Part shown: in pieces, positions 1 to 13,844 of the stretch | Numbering within the stretch: the stretch's first letter is position 1 | Layout: every line of letters starts with the position of its first letter | Source: Bigelowiella natans CCMP2755 | Lineage: Eukaryota > Protista > Cercozoa | DNA length: 64,000 nt | Assembly: GCA_000320545.1 (NCBI GenBank) | Contig: ADNK01000824.1 | Coordinates: forward strand, 62,001-126,000 | Direction: 5' to 3' | Notes under the pieces: generated by a model | Told to the model about the DNA's origin: nothing | What the model saw: the letters and a program-made list of their open reading frames with translations, nothing else | Database searches by the model: none | Program-made: the position numbers and the translations under genes

Positions 1-716
1 TAGCAGAACCAACAACGCGACCCCAAATTCCAACGTCGTTCCAGGACCCTGGCTTGTCACACACTTCGCATCTTTATCCACAACAACCCGCAACGCACTT
101 GGTTCATTCTCAATACTGTGGGTAATTTTGGAATGAAGCGCTGGATAACAGGTTGCTTTTTTGGGTAGTAGCCCATTTGTTTCGAGCACGATTGCTGGGC
201 TTGCACATATTGCTGCGTACCAACGTTTCGCCTCTATCTGCTGCTTCAGGGCTGCTATGAGCTTCTTGCATCCAGCGAATGTTTTAGCGCCTCCAAACCC
301 GCCCGGAAGAATGATGATGTCGAATTTCGTCTCTTGGAGATCGAGCGACTCCAAATGAGTCTCTGCCACGAACTTCATTCCTCTAGACATCTGACATGTC
401 AGGCTATCACCACCGCCGCCAACTTTCGCGAGTGTGACTTGAACGTCCCCACGAATCAACGTGTCGAATATGCCACTCGTTTCGATCTCCTCACTACCAT
501 CGGCTGGAACGATTGGGAAGATTATGCCGGTGCAGAGGTAGAGCACGAATCAAAGTGGAAATAGGTGACAATGACAAACATGTAGATCAGGGCATTTATC
601 ATCATCATCATCATCATCTCTGCCTTAATGGATAGATTTCATCTCCACGATATTCATCCACAAGAATCGCATGGCGCCCTCATACCTACGCAAACGAGGG
701 CCGTCTTCTTCTTCAT
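1..716 (-). CDS. DJ-1/PfpI (YajL/ThiJ-like) family protein, 3' end runs off the window
   Basis: Exon 1 (716-686) MKKKTALVCV, GT-AG intron 685-504, then ADGSEEIETSGIFDTLIRG...FDIIILPGGFGGAKTF...YAAICASPAIVL...ATCYP...VTSQGPGTTLEFG. All DJ-1 hallmarks are present (EEIE Glu, LPGG, nucleophile Cys in AICA). Confidence 0.92.
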
Positions 717-803
717 TCCCTTCTCCTCTTCCCTCCCGTCGTCCATGGCCCGAATCGATATTTTCGGAATTGGCTGACGATTTCAGGGACCGATTTCGTA
801 GTG

Positions 804-879
804 CGACAAGGAGTATTCTTTGTCGTCGATGACGTTCTTAACCGGATTTTGGTGGTGCGACAAAGAGCGTTCCTTGTCG
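804..879. repeat. Two imperfect 22-bp palindromic units that also form an inverted pair, in the divergent promoter
   Basis: cgacaaggagtattctttgtcg (804-825) and cgacaaagagcgttccttgtcg (858-879). The 9-nt arms pair perfectly across the two units. Confidence 0.7.
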
Positions 880-984
880 TCGAGGTGTGTCGACAACTGT
901 CCTCCACCACGTCATTTCGCCTCCTCCCCACCAGCCTGGCTCGTAGCTCGCCAGGAGCCAATCGCTACTCAGCCACAGACCACA

Positions 985-2154
985 ATGCGCGCAGATAAAA
1001 ACGAGGGCAGCTTTGCTTTGACTGCGGCCCTCATTGTCGTCGCTGTTCTCGTCGTTGCGGTCGTAGTCTGCGAGCACGCACACCCCGTCGAACTTGCGCT
1101 CATCCTCGGAGAAAGAGGGGTGGGGAATTCTCCCTTCCTCCGTCCATTCACGCCATCTTTCCAAACCAAGGCGGGGGATTCGATATGCAACCTAGGATAT
1201 CACCGTAGTTTCTGTGTGTTCAGTCGAGGAGGGGGGCGAGGGAGATGGGTGGACAATGCTATTCTTAGTGCCCCTCCTGACCTTCGTCAAGATGTAAAAA
1301 CGGTGTTAGAGAAAGGAGAAAGGGCGGCAAGAAATTGGGAGCTTACAACGACGCGTTTTCTCAACCCATCGCTGAGGAAAGCTGTTGTTGACATCGTACG
1401 GGATGGGGGAGATGTGCCAGAAGAGCTAGCTGCCCGAGAATGGGGAGGGTATGCGGGGGCAGAGCGTTCCAAGTTAATCCTAGGCAGGAGCGATATGTTA
1501 GAGACAGTTGATCTTAACCCACAACATCTGGTAGAAGAGAATCAATCATCAAAGCCGCCACTATCGGCCAACCTTGAGGAAGAGAGCGTCCATGGCTGCC
1601 ACTACGGAGTTGCGGCATGCCGTATAAAGGGAAACTTCAAATTCGAGCCAACGGACCACCGTTCTATTCTCGGCTCCTTGATGGGGTCTGGAGTAAACCG
1701 TGACGAGTTGGGGGACATTTTGATCCTACCCGACCAAACCGGCGCGCTCGCCTTCACATCGGAACAAATTGCGCCGTACTTGCAAACGGAGATCACGAAA
1801 GTTGGCAGGATTCCGGTCAGTATCGCTACTTTGCCATGGCCTAAAGTGCAAGAGTTGGTCGATGCAGCTGCTCAGTCGAAGCTTAAGGCAGGGAAGGTTG
1901 TCAATGCGGTAGAAGCTTCGCTCCGGTTTGACGCTGTGGCGAGCTCTGCCTTCGGAATCTCTAGGGCGAAAGTTGCGACGATGATACGGAAAGGGACCAT
2001 CCAGCTCAATTGGCGTGAGCGGCAAATCAATGCAGAAATCGTAGAAGGAGACATCATGTCTGCAAGGGGAATTGGACGCGCGCAGGTGATTGAGGTCCAA
2101 GAATTGGCGCGGAAGAATAAATTTAGCATCCGACTATTGAAATTTGTAAAATGA
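985..2154 (+). CDS. Plastid-targeted S4 RNA-binding domain protein (YlmH/Sll1252 family), intronless
   Basis: ATG 985 MRADKNEGSFALTAALIVVAVLVVAVVVC (signal peptide) plus a transit-like segment. Core motifs TRFLNP, WGGYAGAER, HRSILGSLMGSGVNRDELGDI, and a C-terminal S4 domain ASLRFDAVASSAFGISRAK...GDIMSARGIGR. Confidence 0.9.
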   Translation: MRADKNEGSFALTAALIVVAVLVVAVVVCEHAHPVELALILGERGVGNSPFLRPFTPSFQTKAGDSICNLGYHRSFCVFSRGGGRGRWVDNAILSAPPDLRQDVKTVLEKGERAARNWELTTTRFLNPSLRKAVVDIVRDGGDVPEELAAREWGGYAGAERSKLILGRSDMLETVDLNPQHLVEENQSSKPPLSANLEEESVHGCHYGVAACRIKGNFKFEPTDHRSILGSLMGSGVNRDELGDILILPDQTGALAFTSEQIAPYLQTEITKVGRIPVSIATLPWPKVQELVDAAAQSKLKAGKVVNAVEASLRFDAVASSAFGISRAKVATMIRKGTIQLNWRERQINAEIVEGDIMSARGIGRAQVIEVQELARKNKFSIRLLKFVK

Positions 2155-3149
2155 TGTAAATCAACTGAGGAAAATGATGAATGAATAGGATTAGACTGCT
2201 TGATTAGCCCACATTATAATACAAGTACCGGACCAATATAGGGTGTATCGCATTAAACATCAAGCGCATCGTCACTCAATTCATTTTTTTGTGCGTACAT
2301 TTGGTGCACAAGCACTCATTATTTGTGCGTATATATGCGTGTGTCTGGCACACATATGAGACGGATGCGACGAAATCATTTTTTTTTTTTTTAATTGTCA
2401 CCCTAATGTAGCAGCTATACAGATTGTTTATGTTGCCATTTAATTTGCTGGTGTGTCGCCGTGCCGGCTTCACGGTACGACGATTTAGTACACGATCAGC
2501 TTTGTCTAAATAATCTATGTCATGATAGCGAACAAAGAGGTTTACACCTACATGCATGGCTACAAAAAATAACACTAATAACACATAGCATAAGGATGAC
2601 CATTGAATAAATTTAATTGATTAATTACATCCATCTTACATAGCATGCTCACAATGCCGCAGATAGTACTATAATGCAAACATCATCATGCGAGGCAGAT
2701 AGATACGAATCGAAGGCATGCAGAAACGCGCAGGCGACATCAAGAGCTGCATGCGTGTAGCCGCCGTGGGCATGCGCGCTAACTTTGCGTGGTATTCTCC
2801 TCGAGGCTTCGCGAACAAAATGCTCATGTGCTAATATCATTGCGTATGTGTATCAATGTTATCATCTTGAGCAAATAAAATAAAGGCCAATAATTTGCCC
2901 ACACATATGTGCTGCTGCATGCGATGGCTAGTGAGTCGCTGTGGGGTATTTTTGGCACCACGTAGCAGAGTGATAGTAGAGCAATCACAATAGGTTTTAG
3001 GTGGTAGTAAGTAGCAAAGTGCAAGTGGTAAACCAAAGATCAAAGACAGCCGATTCCTCAAACATGATGACGTTCTTAACATAGAGTCAGATCATGCTCG
3101 CAATGCCAGCGATAAATGACAAGAGCTTTCTCCACACTCTGCGTCGCTC

Positions 3150-3910
3150 TCATCGCCGCATCTTGTGCGCGTGGCGGTCATTGTAAGCCAACGGATCAAT
3201 CGCGTGGAGGATTCTCTCCACTTTGGGGTTGACGTAGCCCTGCGGTGGACGGTCCGGCACGACGTTAGTGCCACCATTCCAAGGCGCGTTTAACGTATTC
3301 GAGGCTTGGAAGCCTGTGCGGTTCTGGCTTTTGAACCTCATGCTGTTCTTCAGAGGCGCGGGTGGGCCGCGGAAGTCGCGCACCTGATTTCTCGAGTACG
3401 TCGAGGTGTATCGCTCGTTGTTGGAAACATCGTCCCTGTCTGCCATCATAGCCTGGGTAGGTAGCAATGGTTGGTTGTTGCACTTGGTGAAAGTGGATAA
3501 TGTGAGCAGGAAAGAAACAACTGATGCGGGCAGAATCGTGTGTGTAGCAGCTAGGTAGGTATCATGATGCACGCTGGTACTAAATGAACATCAGCGCGCT
3601 CTTTTTGAGGGCGCTACGATTATTGCAATGATATATCTCATCGGCAGGCATAGAACAACAGCAAGAGATGGTCTGATGCATGATGATGACGACAAGGATG
3701 TACCTCAGACCGCACACGTCGATTGTACTGTTTCGAGCGCTGGTAGAGCCCTTCGTGAGTAGTTCTCTTGGCAACGAGGCCTTTGAGTGTTTTTCGAGGG
3801 CCATCTGCTCCGGTGTGGTACTTCGTTGTCTCAAGGTGGAAATTCTGCGTGAAAGCCGTCTGTTTGGCCTGGTTGGTTGTTCCCTCCTTATCATACCCAG
3901 TCCACTGCAT
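3150..3910 (-). CDS. Hypothetical basic protein, about 169 aa, two exons
   Basis: Exon 3910-3704 (MQWTGYDKEG...RRVRSE) joins in phase 0 through a GT...CAG intron to exon 3452-3150 (AMMADRDD...HAHKMRR*). No family recognised. Confidence 0.6.
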
Positions 3911-4750
3911 GGTGGCTGTGCGGTTCTTTGGGCTTATGCTCGGGTCAGGGCCATGCCTTTTCAAAAAAAAATTATTAGTTTATTGATGGAGTTAAGATGG
4001 GATGCAGTGGTGAGTTCTCTCTTCTGGCAAAGGCCATGCAACGACCAAAAAAAAGCTTCGAAACACCCCTATTTTATCACTATATGAAAATCTCGTTAGG
4101 AGAGAGACATTGCTGGTTGCCGACTGGAAATAAACAGAATATAGGGTAAGGCATAAAAAATGTTATTTTCGATCTTGTACATCTCCACTGATCTGTTCTC
4201 CAGCATGTGCATATGTGCACGCGTGTGCGTGTGTGTTTTCTGCATAATGCCGCTCACATGAAGGCTGAGTCCTTATCAACGATCTTGTACTTAGGCATAC
4301 TGATCTCCTTATGCCACAGCTTGTTGTTAGTCGCCCACCTGTAAGAGCATAGCGTGCATCAGCTGTGCAAGCGCTCAACCTCATACTAACGACAGCACTG
4401 TACTGACACAAAAGTTTCAGTGTTTCAGTGGAAACCAACAACAATTCGAGTGGCACCTCCACCACACTAGAGATGGTGCTCATTCATGCCCATGCAAGCT
4501 GCAAAAGAGTAGGTGACGTACGGTGGAGAGCCGCAGCTGATGTGCAGGTAATTGGTTGGGTTGCGGTGCTTCTCTCCCTCGATCTTGTACCTTGATGAAT
4601 TATGGACATATCATTGAATACTAGATACATGTAAGTGGTGTACGTGCATAATAATATGTAGCTATAAGTATAAATTTTACGATAGTTTGTTTCCCTTCAA
4701 CTAGGTAGGCTACTCCTCTCCCTCATATTTAAAGATTTACTAACCAAGTT

Positions 4751-4786
<36 letters not shown>

Positions 4787-4810
4787 AGCCACTACTATTT
4801 TGTTCTTCTT

Positions 4811-5262
4811 CTACTCTGAATCTTGACCATCATCATACCTTGGCTTTGGTTTGTCCTCGTCCTCCTTAAACACTACATCGCGAAACTCAGGTCTACGGCC
4901 GTATCTAAAAGTGTAAATCAATAAGCGCCACAGGAAGCACACACACACACACACACGCACGCACGCACCCACGTACATATTAGCGTGTTTATCGGTATTA
5001 ACGACATGCGAACTGTTCATGGGTCGCATATGCATCTTAAAGGCCATAGACAATACGATGTATCACCTACACCGTCGATAGAAGACCAAAAAGGCTACAC
5101 CCTCCTCCCCCTCCCCTCAAAGCATCTTATTCTGCAATTCATTACCCGGAGATAAGTTTCTTTCTGCTGGGGGATCTTGGCTTACCCATTTCATCGGGTG
5201 AAAAGACCAGCTGCGGAGACAGGAAGAATACCAGAAACATGTTTGTTTCATATTAGTACGAA

Positions 5263-5311
<49 letters not shown>

Positions 5312-6397
5312 ATCTTTCTTTTCTCTCTCTCCTCTCTCTTCCCACACCCAACAACTCCCCACATGGGTGAGGATTGAGTAGGAAAATTGTTTTAAAACAA
5401 AGATAATTTCGAAAAAGACAATGAGTGATGCAAGAAACAATGCCTATCATCAGGTCTACTGGCACTGAGTCTTATCGGGGGATGAACACCATAGATGAGC
5501 TCATTCGCTATGTAATTTTCATGGTATAATCTGGAAATCGTTCGTTTTGTGTATTTCGGAGCGGCACCTTGTAGAACGAGTGTGGAACGATATTGGCCGT
5601 CACAGAGCCCTTATACAGTGCGCTGTCTGTGTCATCAACCATATCGGCCAGGGCTTCTCCAATCTCGGTTGCGTCCTGATGGCAATGATGGTGACGAGTT
5701 GTTACGGCGGCACGATGGTTCTTGCGATAATACCGAGTGCGCAACTATGGTCGGCCGTGGAAGGAGCCGAGCTCAACTATTCCTCTATGAGAGACGAATG
5801 TGGTGTGGTGATCTCTGTGCGTGCATGCGTGCCTGCGTGCGTGCGTGCGTGTGAGCATGCAGCAGGAAGTATTGATGGCTCAGATTTCACCAACGATGAT
5901 TACAGACTACAATGTCGTGACGATATAGATAGTGATAACGTAGCGCCCGAGCACCCCAGCGGTACTCGAAGTATTACCTTTTCGTCGCCCTCCGTCGGTA
6001 GGATGGTTAGCCTGGAGTTTGGCGTGTTTCATAAACCGTCAATAAATGTATGCGTGTGTAATATTGTACGAGTATGAGTTGTATATGTTATCCGTGAGGA
6101 TGGCGGTTCTATTGCGTGTGCGACGCTTGTTTTCTACTTAACTGGACTACGGTCTGAGACTTCGGGATGATATCCTGAATCTTGAAGTACTTCTTGTCCA
6201 CGTTTAGAATGTTGGATAGGTCCGCTATTAGCTGGAAGGATAGAAAGAAAGAAAGAGGTGTGAGAACAATGATCATCACGTACCGGAGAATGCTCCCCAG
6301 ACAATAACTATGCCTCATATATACACATACATAAGGCATGCTGCTAGTTTTGCTAGTGCTTTAAATCTTTTCCACAAGTCGCACTTGCTCTCTCGGC

Positions 6398-6437
<40 letters not shown>

Positions 6438-6696
6438 GCGATGATGCCTATCAAGATGGGGGTCCTCATCACCCAGTCTCGGAATTTTTGTCGGCTGCTT
6501 GAACCAGCAGGAATCGTAAACCCCTCTACATTGAAGGCCATTTCGATGTCAACGCCCTTCAAGGTGCCAGTTCCGGAAAACCTAAGTCGTTGTTGCATGT
6601 TACACTTAACACATCAATTTCAGCCATTCGTTGGAGTCATGTTCTCCAACAAAGGAAAAAGAGCAGCAAACCGAGATATTTCACAGATGCTTGTAT

Positions 6697-6743
<47 letters not shown>

Positions 6744-6762
6744 GTATATATTATGTGTGTGC

Positions 6763-6817
<55 letters not shown>

Positions 6818-7831
6818 ATATGCGCGTATGTACGTATTACAATCACTATCGTTGTAGATGTCAGTGGAGTTACAAACCCTCTTTTATATGAGCTTAGGAA
6901 GTGTTTCGGGAACCCAGCTTGCTCTTGAAAGCTAAAGTAAGAATGGAGGCGGAGATGAAGAAACGGTTGTGTAGTGGGAGGGTGCGAGGTAGAGCAAAAT
7001 AGGATGGTAACGGTATTCTTTCGCGTAGCTTATCAACAATGCTGCCTCCTACCGTCACATAATCATCCTCGCAGCTGTTACTACTACTTACTTGACGGAG
7101 TTGCGTTTCTTTATCTGTGCACGTATCACTGGATGCGTGGAGTGGACAAGAACATGCCCGGGCTTCTCCGGTGCATGCTGGAGGTCGGGAAAGTTCGTCG
7201 TGAAGCTGAGGGTCGTTATTCGTAACAGCAACAGTCACATAAAATAATCAGCGACAAAGCATCCCATCTTGCTACGAGCTCTTCTACTAAATCGTATTCG
7301 AATAAATAACCCTGATCGGTTGTCCTTTTGTAAAATTGTATCCATCGGTCTTAAATTTCGCTTCATAGCCTCGACCGGGCTCCTATAAGCCCCTTTCGTA
7401 GTCGGCTCCTTCACCAGCAGCGTACCCTGGTAGTTGTATGAATATGTCAGATTGCTGCTTTTAAAAAATAATGGCAACGAAAATGAGGCTAAACAAGAGC
7501 CACAAGTCACAATTTTGGAGCATTATCAACAATATAACTCCGATGAAAGAGATTCTGGTAATGAGCTGTCCGGTTTTTCAAATTGTAAGTTAGTTCGAGA
7601 AGTGAGAAGTGACAACTGTGCGCGAAGTACCGATGATTTAACTTCGTTATTCCGAACGAAACCATTTCTTAGAGGTAGCCCACTCACTCCTGATTTGGGT
7701 GCGAGATCCCTAGATTCTTTTTTTGATTTGAAAGAAAACGCGTAATTTGTACGAAACGGTGTCGTCCTCTTCGCAGTGGGGCTGATGGTGGCCGTTTCGT
7801 TGTTGTTGTTATGTGCCCATCCTAATAATAA

Positions 7832-7863
<32 letters not shown>

Positions 7864-8389
7864 TATATGCATGCACTATCATTACCGCTTACATCAAAAG
7901 ATAAAACCAATATACAACAAGCAAGAAGATGCCTAGATATGCATCTTATGTATGTCTCAATAGTTCGCACCTGAGTGGTTCTGGCGGTGATGAGCTGTTT
8001 GTGTTTTGGGCCGCGTGGCCATTACGTAGGCATTCGTTGAAGCATTCCTCGTATGATATGGATCGATAATATCTGTGTTTTGAGTGTGCGAGAACACATT
8101 CCTGGCTAATATTTGCGTTCGAAGTGACATGCTGCAGTCGGTAGTTCGTTGCTGCTCGTTGCCCCGTGTTCTCCGCTGTAGATGCACCGCCCAATCTCAA
8201 GAAAAGGCTCAAACTGGAAGTGACTCGCTGAGAACTTCGAAGAAGAAAGGCAGGTCGATTTGGGCAGGCAGAAAGTTAGTCCTCCCTTTGTTCGATCAGG
8301 GTAGGGGAGGGAAAAGTGAGTTGTCGTACGCGTCCACTGCAAGAACGCAGGCCCTTCGCGCGATACCTCTGAAGATATCCAGCATACAT
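4811..8389 (-). CDS. Hypothetical multi-exon secreted or single-pass membrane protein
   Basis: Exon-like segments HLLACCILVLSFDVS (hydrophobic), Cys-rich PPACTGEARACSCP, LIADLSNILNVDKKYFKIQDI, EIGEALADMVDDTDSALYKGSVT, a hydrophobic stretch near 5440, and the tail YGRRPEFRDVVFKEDEDKPKPRYDDGQDSE*. Start and exon chain are uncertain. Confidence 0.45.
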
Positions 8390-9057
8390 ATTCTGCGTAA
8401 TCTTTCTGCTAATGTCGAAATTAGACCTATTTACATATCAAAGACATCCTAAATTTTGTACTATAGTAGGAAATATACGGCGTTCAAGCAGGCTTGTAAC
8501 GCTGTATGGGCTAAAAATTGCCTCGGGATGCGTTTCCCTCTAAAATAGATATAAAAAATGCCTTACACTTTTTCGAATAATGATCTATTTTTGTTGTCGT
8601 ATTGGTTGAAATAGAATCATTTTTAGGCTCAGCGAATTCATAGCGAACTGCAGAGTTCGGTCAAACCCATCATCGCTATGAGAAACGCTTTGATGACTTT
8701 TACATAGCTGCGACAACAAATCGGAGGCGAGAACGGATGATAGCGTCGAGGGTCTAAGTCCAGAAATCGTGGGGAATTAGCCTACAGAATAATGTTGCGA
8801 CAAGGTCGAATCGATATCGCAGCCTCGGAGAGTAACTCCGTAACGCTCGTATCTCTCGGAGAAATCCGATTGTACGAGTAGCCTTCAAATGAGAGCTCGT
8901 TGAAGCGAATGAAAGCGAGTTAAGCGGTTTCGAGAGGACCACATAGCTGCGCTCGCTCCACACCCCGTTAAAGGATCCTTGCTCTAGTCCCTTCGAGTAT
9001 CCTAGACAACAGAGGCAGTGGGGAAACAAATCGCCAACTTCTTTTTAACGAGACAAA

Positions 9058-10906
9058 ATGGACTCAGCTAGCACCGAGTATCTTCTCTCGGCAGTAATAT
9101 GTTGGGTCTTTGTGGTCGTCGTCGGGGCGATATATGCTGTTCGCTGTTACTCGGCCCAAGTCAAGGTCTCTGAGATCCATGTTAGTGCGTCAGCCATCTT
9201 AGCTGCAATGTCGTGCCGGAGCATATGGTTCACGCTGCGCTACCAGGGGGATAGGCACACAGTCTACAACTTCATTCTCAATCGGATGAGCATTTTGCTT
9301 TTATTCACTGGTAAATGGAGAAAAACGAATAGATTCCCTTCAATTATATCCTCTGTCTTCCTCGAGAGTCTCATTCATCCAAATCATTTAAGTTTCCTGC
9401 ACAGAAAGTTTTACTTACTTCCTTGGTTAGGGTTCACCGTTTACATGCAGAGCTGGGCAATATGCGCAATTAGTATCATGATGGAGAAGTCGGAGGCTGT
9501 ATACTCAAATAAGATCATACGCTGGGTTTGAATGCATTTTCCATATAACATCATAGAGCGACGTTATTTACTGCTTTTGTGGCAGACAACGTTGGGACTG
9601 AATGTGCTATTCTACGTGGTGATCATGGCAATTTCCGCCGCCCTTTACGAGCACGAATGCGGGAATTTGAGAAAGTAAATTAAAATCAAAACTCTATTGG
9701 TGTCAAGTCAATACACATGCACGTATCCACACACTCTCCACAATATCATCATCATCATCATCATCATCACCATTATCATAACGTCGCATTAGGTGCTATC
9801 ATGACGGAATTTTCATCCTTGGCCTTATGTTTTTCGTTATGGCGACGACATTTCTCGGCTCTGGTGCATACATGATGCGGTCTCTTGCTCACGCGAAGAG
9901 AGGGGCTAGGGGTGATATCTTGGTAAATCAAGGACTCGACACCATCGCCAAAAAAATCGTTCTTGTCGGGACGCTGTGCTTCGTCTGTTTCTCGGTGCAA
10001 GCTGCGCTGTGGATGTGGTCGGGGATCAAGGGAAGGCAAAGTAGCAAAGACTCGCCGCCTCGCTGGACATATCCTTGGTTTTTCTACACGGTAGCTCAAC
10101 CTGCATTCAGAAGAAGCAATCATTTATACACCGTTCTTAGTCGAGATTATCCTTTAAAGTATTATTGCCCTCCTTTCAAAACCTTCATATGATACAATGC
10201 AGCTACTACCCACGAAACAGTACAGATAAGGCCTATTAGTAACTTACCGACTTTTACAAGAGGGGAAGAGCTGAAACGAACTCTTGCTATTTCTTATTCA
10301 TTCATTTTTGTTTTTCTCCTTTCTCTTAGATCGTCGAGATTGTACCAGCGGCATGCTTCTTTGCTGTAGTTCCGAAGGTTGGAACAACAGAAGGATGCAT
10401 AAACGAGCAGGAGAAAATCGAGCCTTTGGTAGACAGAAAGAGCGGGATCCTCATTCATAACAACAAAAGCCAGCCGGCTGGAATAGAAGGGTCCTCAACC
10501 GAATCATCGCGAGACATATACCCAGTGAATTACAAATCAAGCCCCTTCTCTATAGGCAGTGAGTTTGCATACTTCAACGAAGGTGGGTTATCCTATCGAA
10601 TTTAAGAGAGAGTATTACATGCACAAAGCCAAGAGAACTGAGCAATTTTCCCTCAGTCTTAACCCAGTGAGCAACAACTCAATGCGCATGGTGGCGTTTG
10701 TTTCCACAGCAGGCCATTAAAAGCATCTTATTTTTATCTGTCTCACAGGCAAAAGCAGTGAAGAGTCGTCATTTCCAGACAAAAGGGTCGAGGGTGTTTC
10801 CATCCCAAAATCAATCAACAGCACCGCGGCGAAGGCAGCAGCTCTTCGTGCGCCGCCACGATTGAGGACCCCATCCTCCCTTGGGCCTTACTCACCAGCA
10901 GAATGA
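9058..10906 (+). CDS. Multi-pass (about 7 TM) membrane protein, THH1/TOM1/TOM3-GPR137-like
   Basis: The spliced product has about 7 hydrophobic helices: CRSIWF, ILNRMSILLLFTGFTVYMQSW, KKIVLVGTLCFVCFSVQA, YPWFFYT|IVEIVP, then a Ser/Pro-rich tail ending YSPAE* (last exon starts at about 10749). Confidence 0.7.
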
Positions 10907-11915
10907 CGATCCAAATTTCGAATAATAAAAATGACATTGAATCGGAAGCAAGAGGTATCTGAGAATAAGGAAACATGAAAGGCCACGTACCAACGATCAA
11001 CTTTGTCTTCCTATAAAAGTAATCTCGTAATGTACACTACTGAGTAACAACGGCTGTACGATTGGTGAATATGCCTAGTGTGAGACAGATGTAATGATAT
11101 TTAAATCTTTTCAATAGTTAGAGTTATTCTAATGTATAAATGTAGCTATGCAAAGCTAGGAAGCAGCTAGCAGCTACAGCGCTTATGCATACTATATATG
11201 AACCTTTGCTTACGACATACACACACTAGACACAATGTATGCTATATGAATGCTTGCGCAGCGCGATCTAGCGACGGCACACGCTAGCACGTACATACAA
11301 GGAGCATCTAGACATATTAACACATGGCTGCCACGCGCAAAGTCTCCTTATTGGCCACTAATTTAGCATGGTAGCTCTACAAATAATGTCCTCATCAGAT
11401 GCTTTCAAATACATGAAGCACAGAATAGCCGAGACAAATAGACACAACCTAAGCGCTGTAGCCTCTGCCTTAAAGCTGCTTTGCATAGCTACATATCGTA
11501 TAATATTAGGATGACTGTTGAAAATTTTTAATCACTTCATTACATCCGTCTCACAAATGCCCTTGTGCATCATATGTCGTTTGTCTAGATGTCACAAGCA
11601 GCTGCTACATGTCACGCTTCAATGCGGGCATAGTGTAGAAGCACGCTTGCATGCTGAGACTACGTGATAAGCGGGAAGCGGCATCGCAGCGCATGAAGAT
11701 GACATAAACAAGTACACCGCATGTCACACAACGTTACGTGTGATATGACCGAAGCTGCTGAACAATACATGCTTAATTATTATGATGCTCCATCAATAAG
11801 CACGATCAACTATACATGTGTGCAGCACGCATGATCGATGCATAACGTTAATCTGATACAACAACTATACCAACGTCGTAACATAAACCAATTAAAATAT
11901 CTAGCGCAACTGATC

Positions 11916-13257
11916 TCACTCGCCCTGCAAGCGAAGGCGGATACGAGCAAATCCTCGGCCAAAATCGCGCCAATCGCCACCCAAGCGACGGAAGACGACG
12001 ACGGAGCCCTCTTTCGGAGACTGAAAGAATGATACTAGCTCAGGTGGCCAGCTGACTGACCTCAAAACACAACTACCAAATGCACACTACTTCTCCTAAA
12101 TACTGCTGCTACTATTACTACCACTACTATTACCAAAGGCGCTTTCTCCCAGATCTCCTCGCCTTCCATGGGGCCGTACATTTCCGTGAAATCCTCTAGT
12201 GTGTAGTATTTGCCATCACTCGTATCGAGCCGCCGCTCTTCCCCCACCTCCTCCTCCTCGTTCTCCACCTTCTTCTTCTCTCCTTCTTTTCCCTGTCCTG
12301 ATGTTGCGGATGATTTCTCGCCTTCGCCATCGCTATACACTGTGGCCTCGAAGGAGCATTCCTGTGTGGTGGCCAAGTGAGGTAGAGGGGGTTGGATATG
12401 ACAAGAGAATTTAGGGGGGGGGGGGGGGGGCGATAAGGAATAGTCGACTGGGACAACAAAATTGCATGTGGTGGCAGAGAACCTCGTAGCAATATAGCAA
12501 GGATGATGGTTGCTAATACGAGTAGTACTTGACTACCTTTTTGTCTTTTATTGTCGTAATTTCGAAGCGCAAGCCTGGTCCGTACTCTAGTCCGCGCACC
12601 TGGGGATAGTGATGATATCAACGTTGTTTGTTGTTGTTTGTTGTTGTTGATGATGATGATAATGATGTGACGTCCTCTTATGAAGCAGCTGCAGTAAGAA
12701 TCTATAATGATTACCCACCTCTTTGCCAAGTTGGCCAATAACCTCCGCAAGTTTCCGGTACGCATCGAGTGGCGCGATCCTTTGCACCTCGACTTGAAGG
12801 CGGCCGCCCACTGCATCTTCTCTCTTCAGCAGAGGGGCTTTCTCGCCATGCAGCCTCAATATTGCATCGATGCTCTCCTTGCTAATCGCCTGTGGTGTAC
12901 AACAAAATTGTTAATTATTTTTGCTCAGGAAAAACGAAGATTTACTGGCAAAGCAATGATGACGAATCTATTGTTGTTTTGGTTCCTCTGGAACTCAAAC
13001 CTCAAAACTAAAGAGATATCAATAATGATGTACACCTCCTTGAGACGCTTGTTAACTGAGCTTTCCGTAGTACTGGTGTCGGGATCGATGACATCCCGGT
13101 AGATTATGTGCTCTCCAGGCTTGGAATTGGTCACCTCCTGGCCCTTCGTCAGCATTTGTTCCATCTCACCCTGAGAGAGGCTTTTGCGGTCGGCAAGAGC
13201 TGTGAAGAACGGAAGGAGGAGACGGGGGAGGAGGACAACCCGAAGAAAAGGCGAGAG

Positions 13258-13300
<43 letters not shown>

Positions 13301-13811
13301 CCACGGTGATATATACTAACACGGAGCAAATCATCAACGACAATAAACGATTACGATCTGCTTCGCTTCTGCTATATATATTCTTTTTGGGATATGCGTA
13401 TGCGTGACAATTTGCAAGGGAAAGATCTACCTTTCGCAAGGTTCTCCTGTGGGAGGATCTTCTCCTGATACCAGGGATGTGCCTTTATCTGAGATAGGTC
13501 GTAACGGTTGCGAACGGACACTTCTAGCAACCTTCCGAGCAGGCTTTGCTGTTATCAGCCAAAAAAACGATTATCATTGCTGGGTATTGCAATCTTGGTT
13601 TTTCATTAAATACACAGTACACACACATAATGCACACACAGAGACGATTGCTACAACACCATTTAGAGTTGTTGTTGTCAATCATTGCATTCGTATATAT
13701 TATTATTATTATTATTATTATTATTACGAGCTCTCGCGACAAGTCCAGGTCGTTGGCGACTTTTTGGTGACCCGCCCAGAACCGATCCAAGTTCCTCTGC
13801 GTCACCTGAGA

Positions 13812-13844
<33 letters not shown>

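Noticed and set aside
820-984. Extended N-terminus of the 444-aa ORF
   Set aside because: It starts at TTG. The first ATG at 985 puts a signal peptide at the N-terminus as expected.
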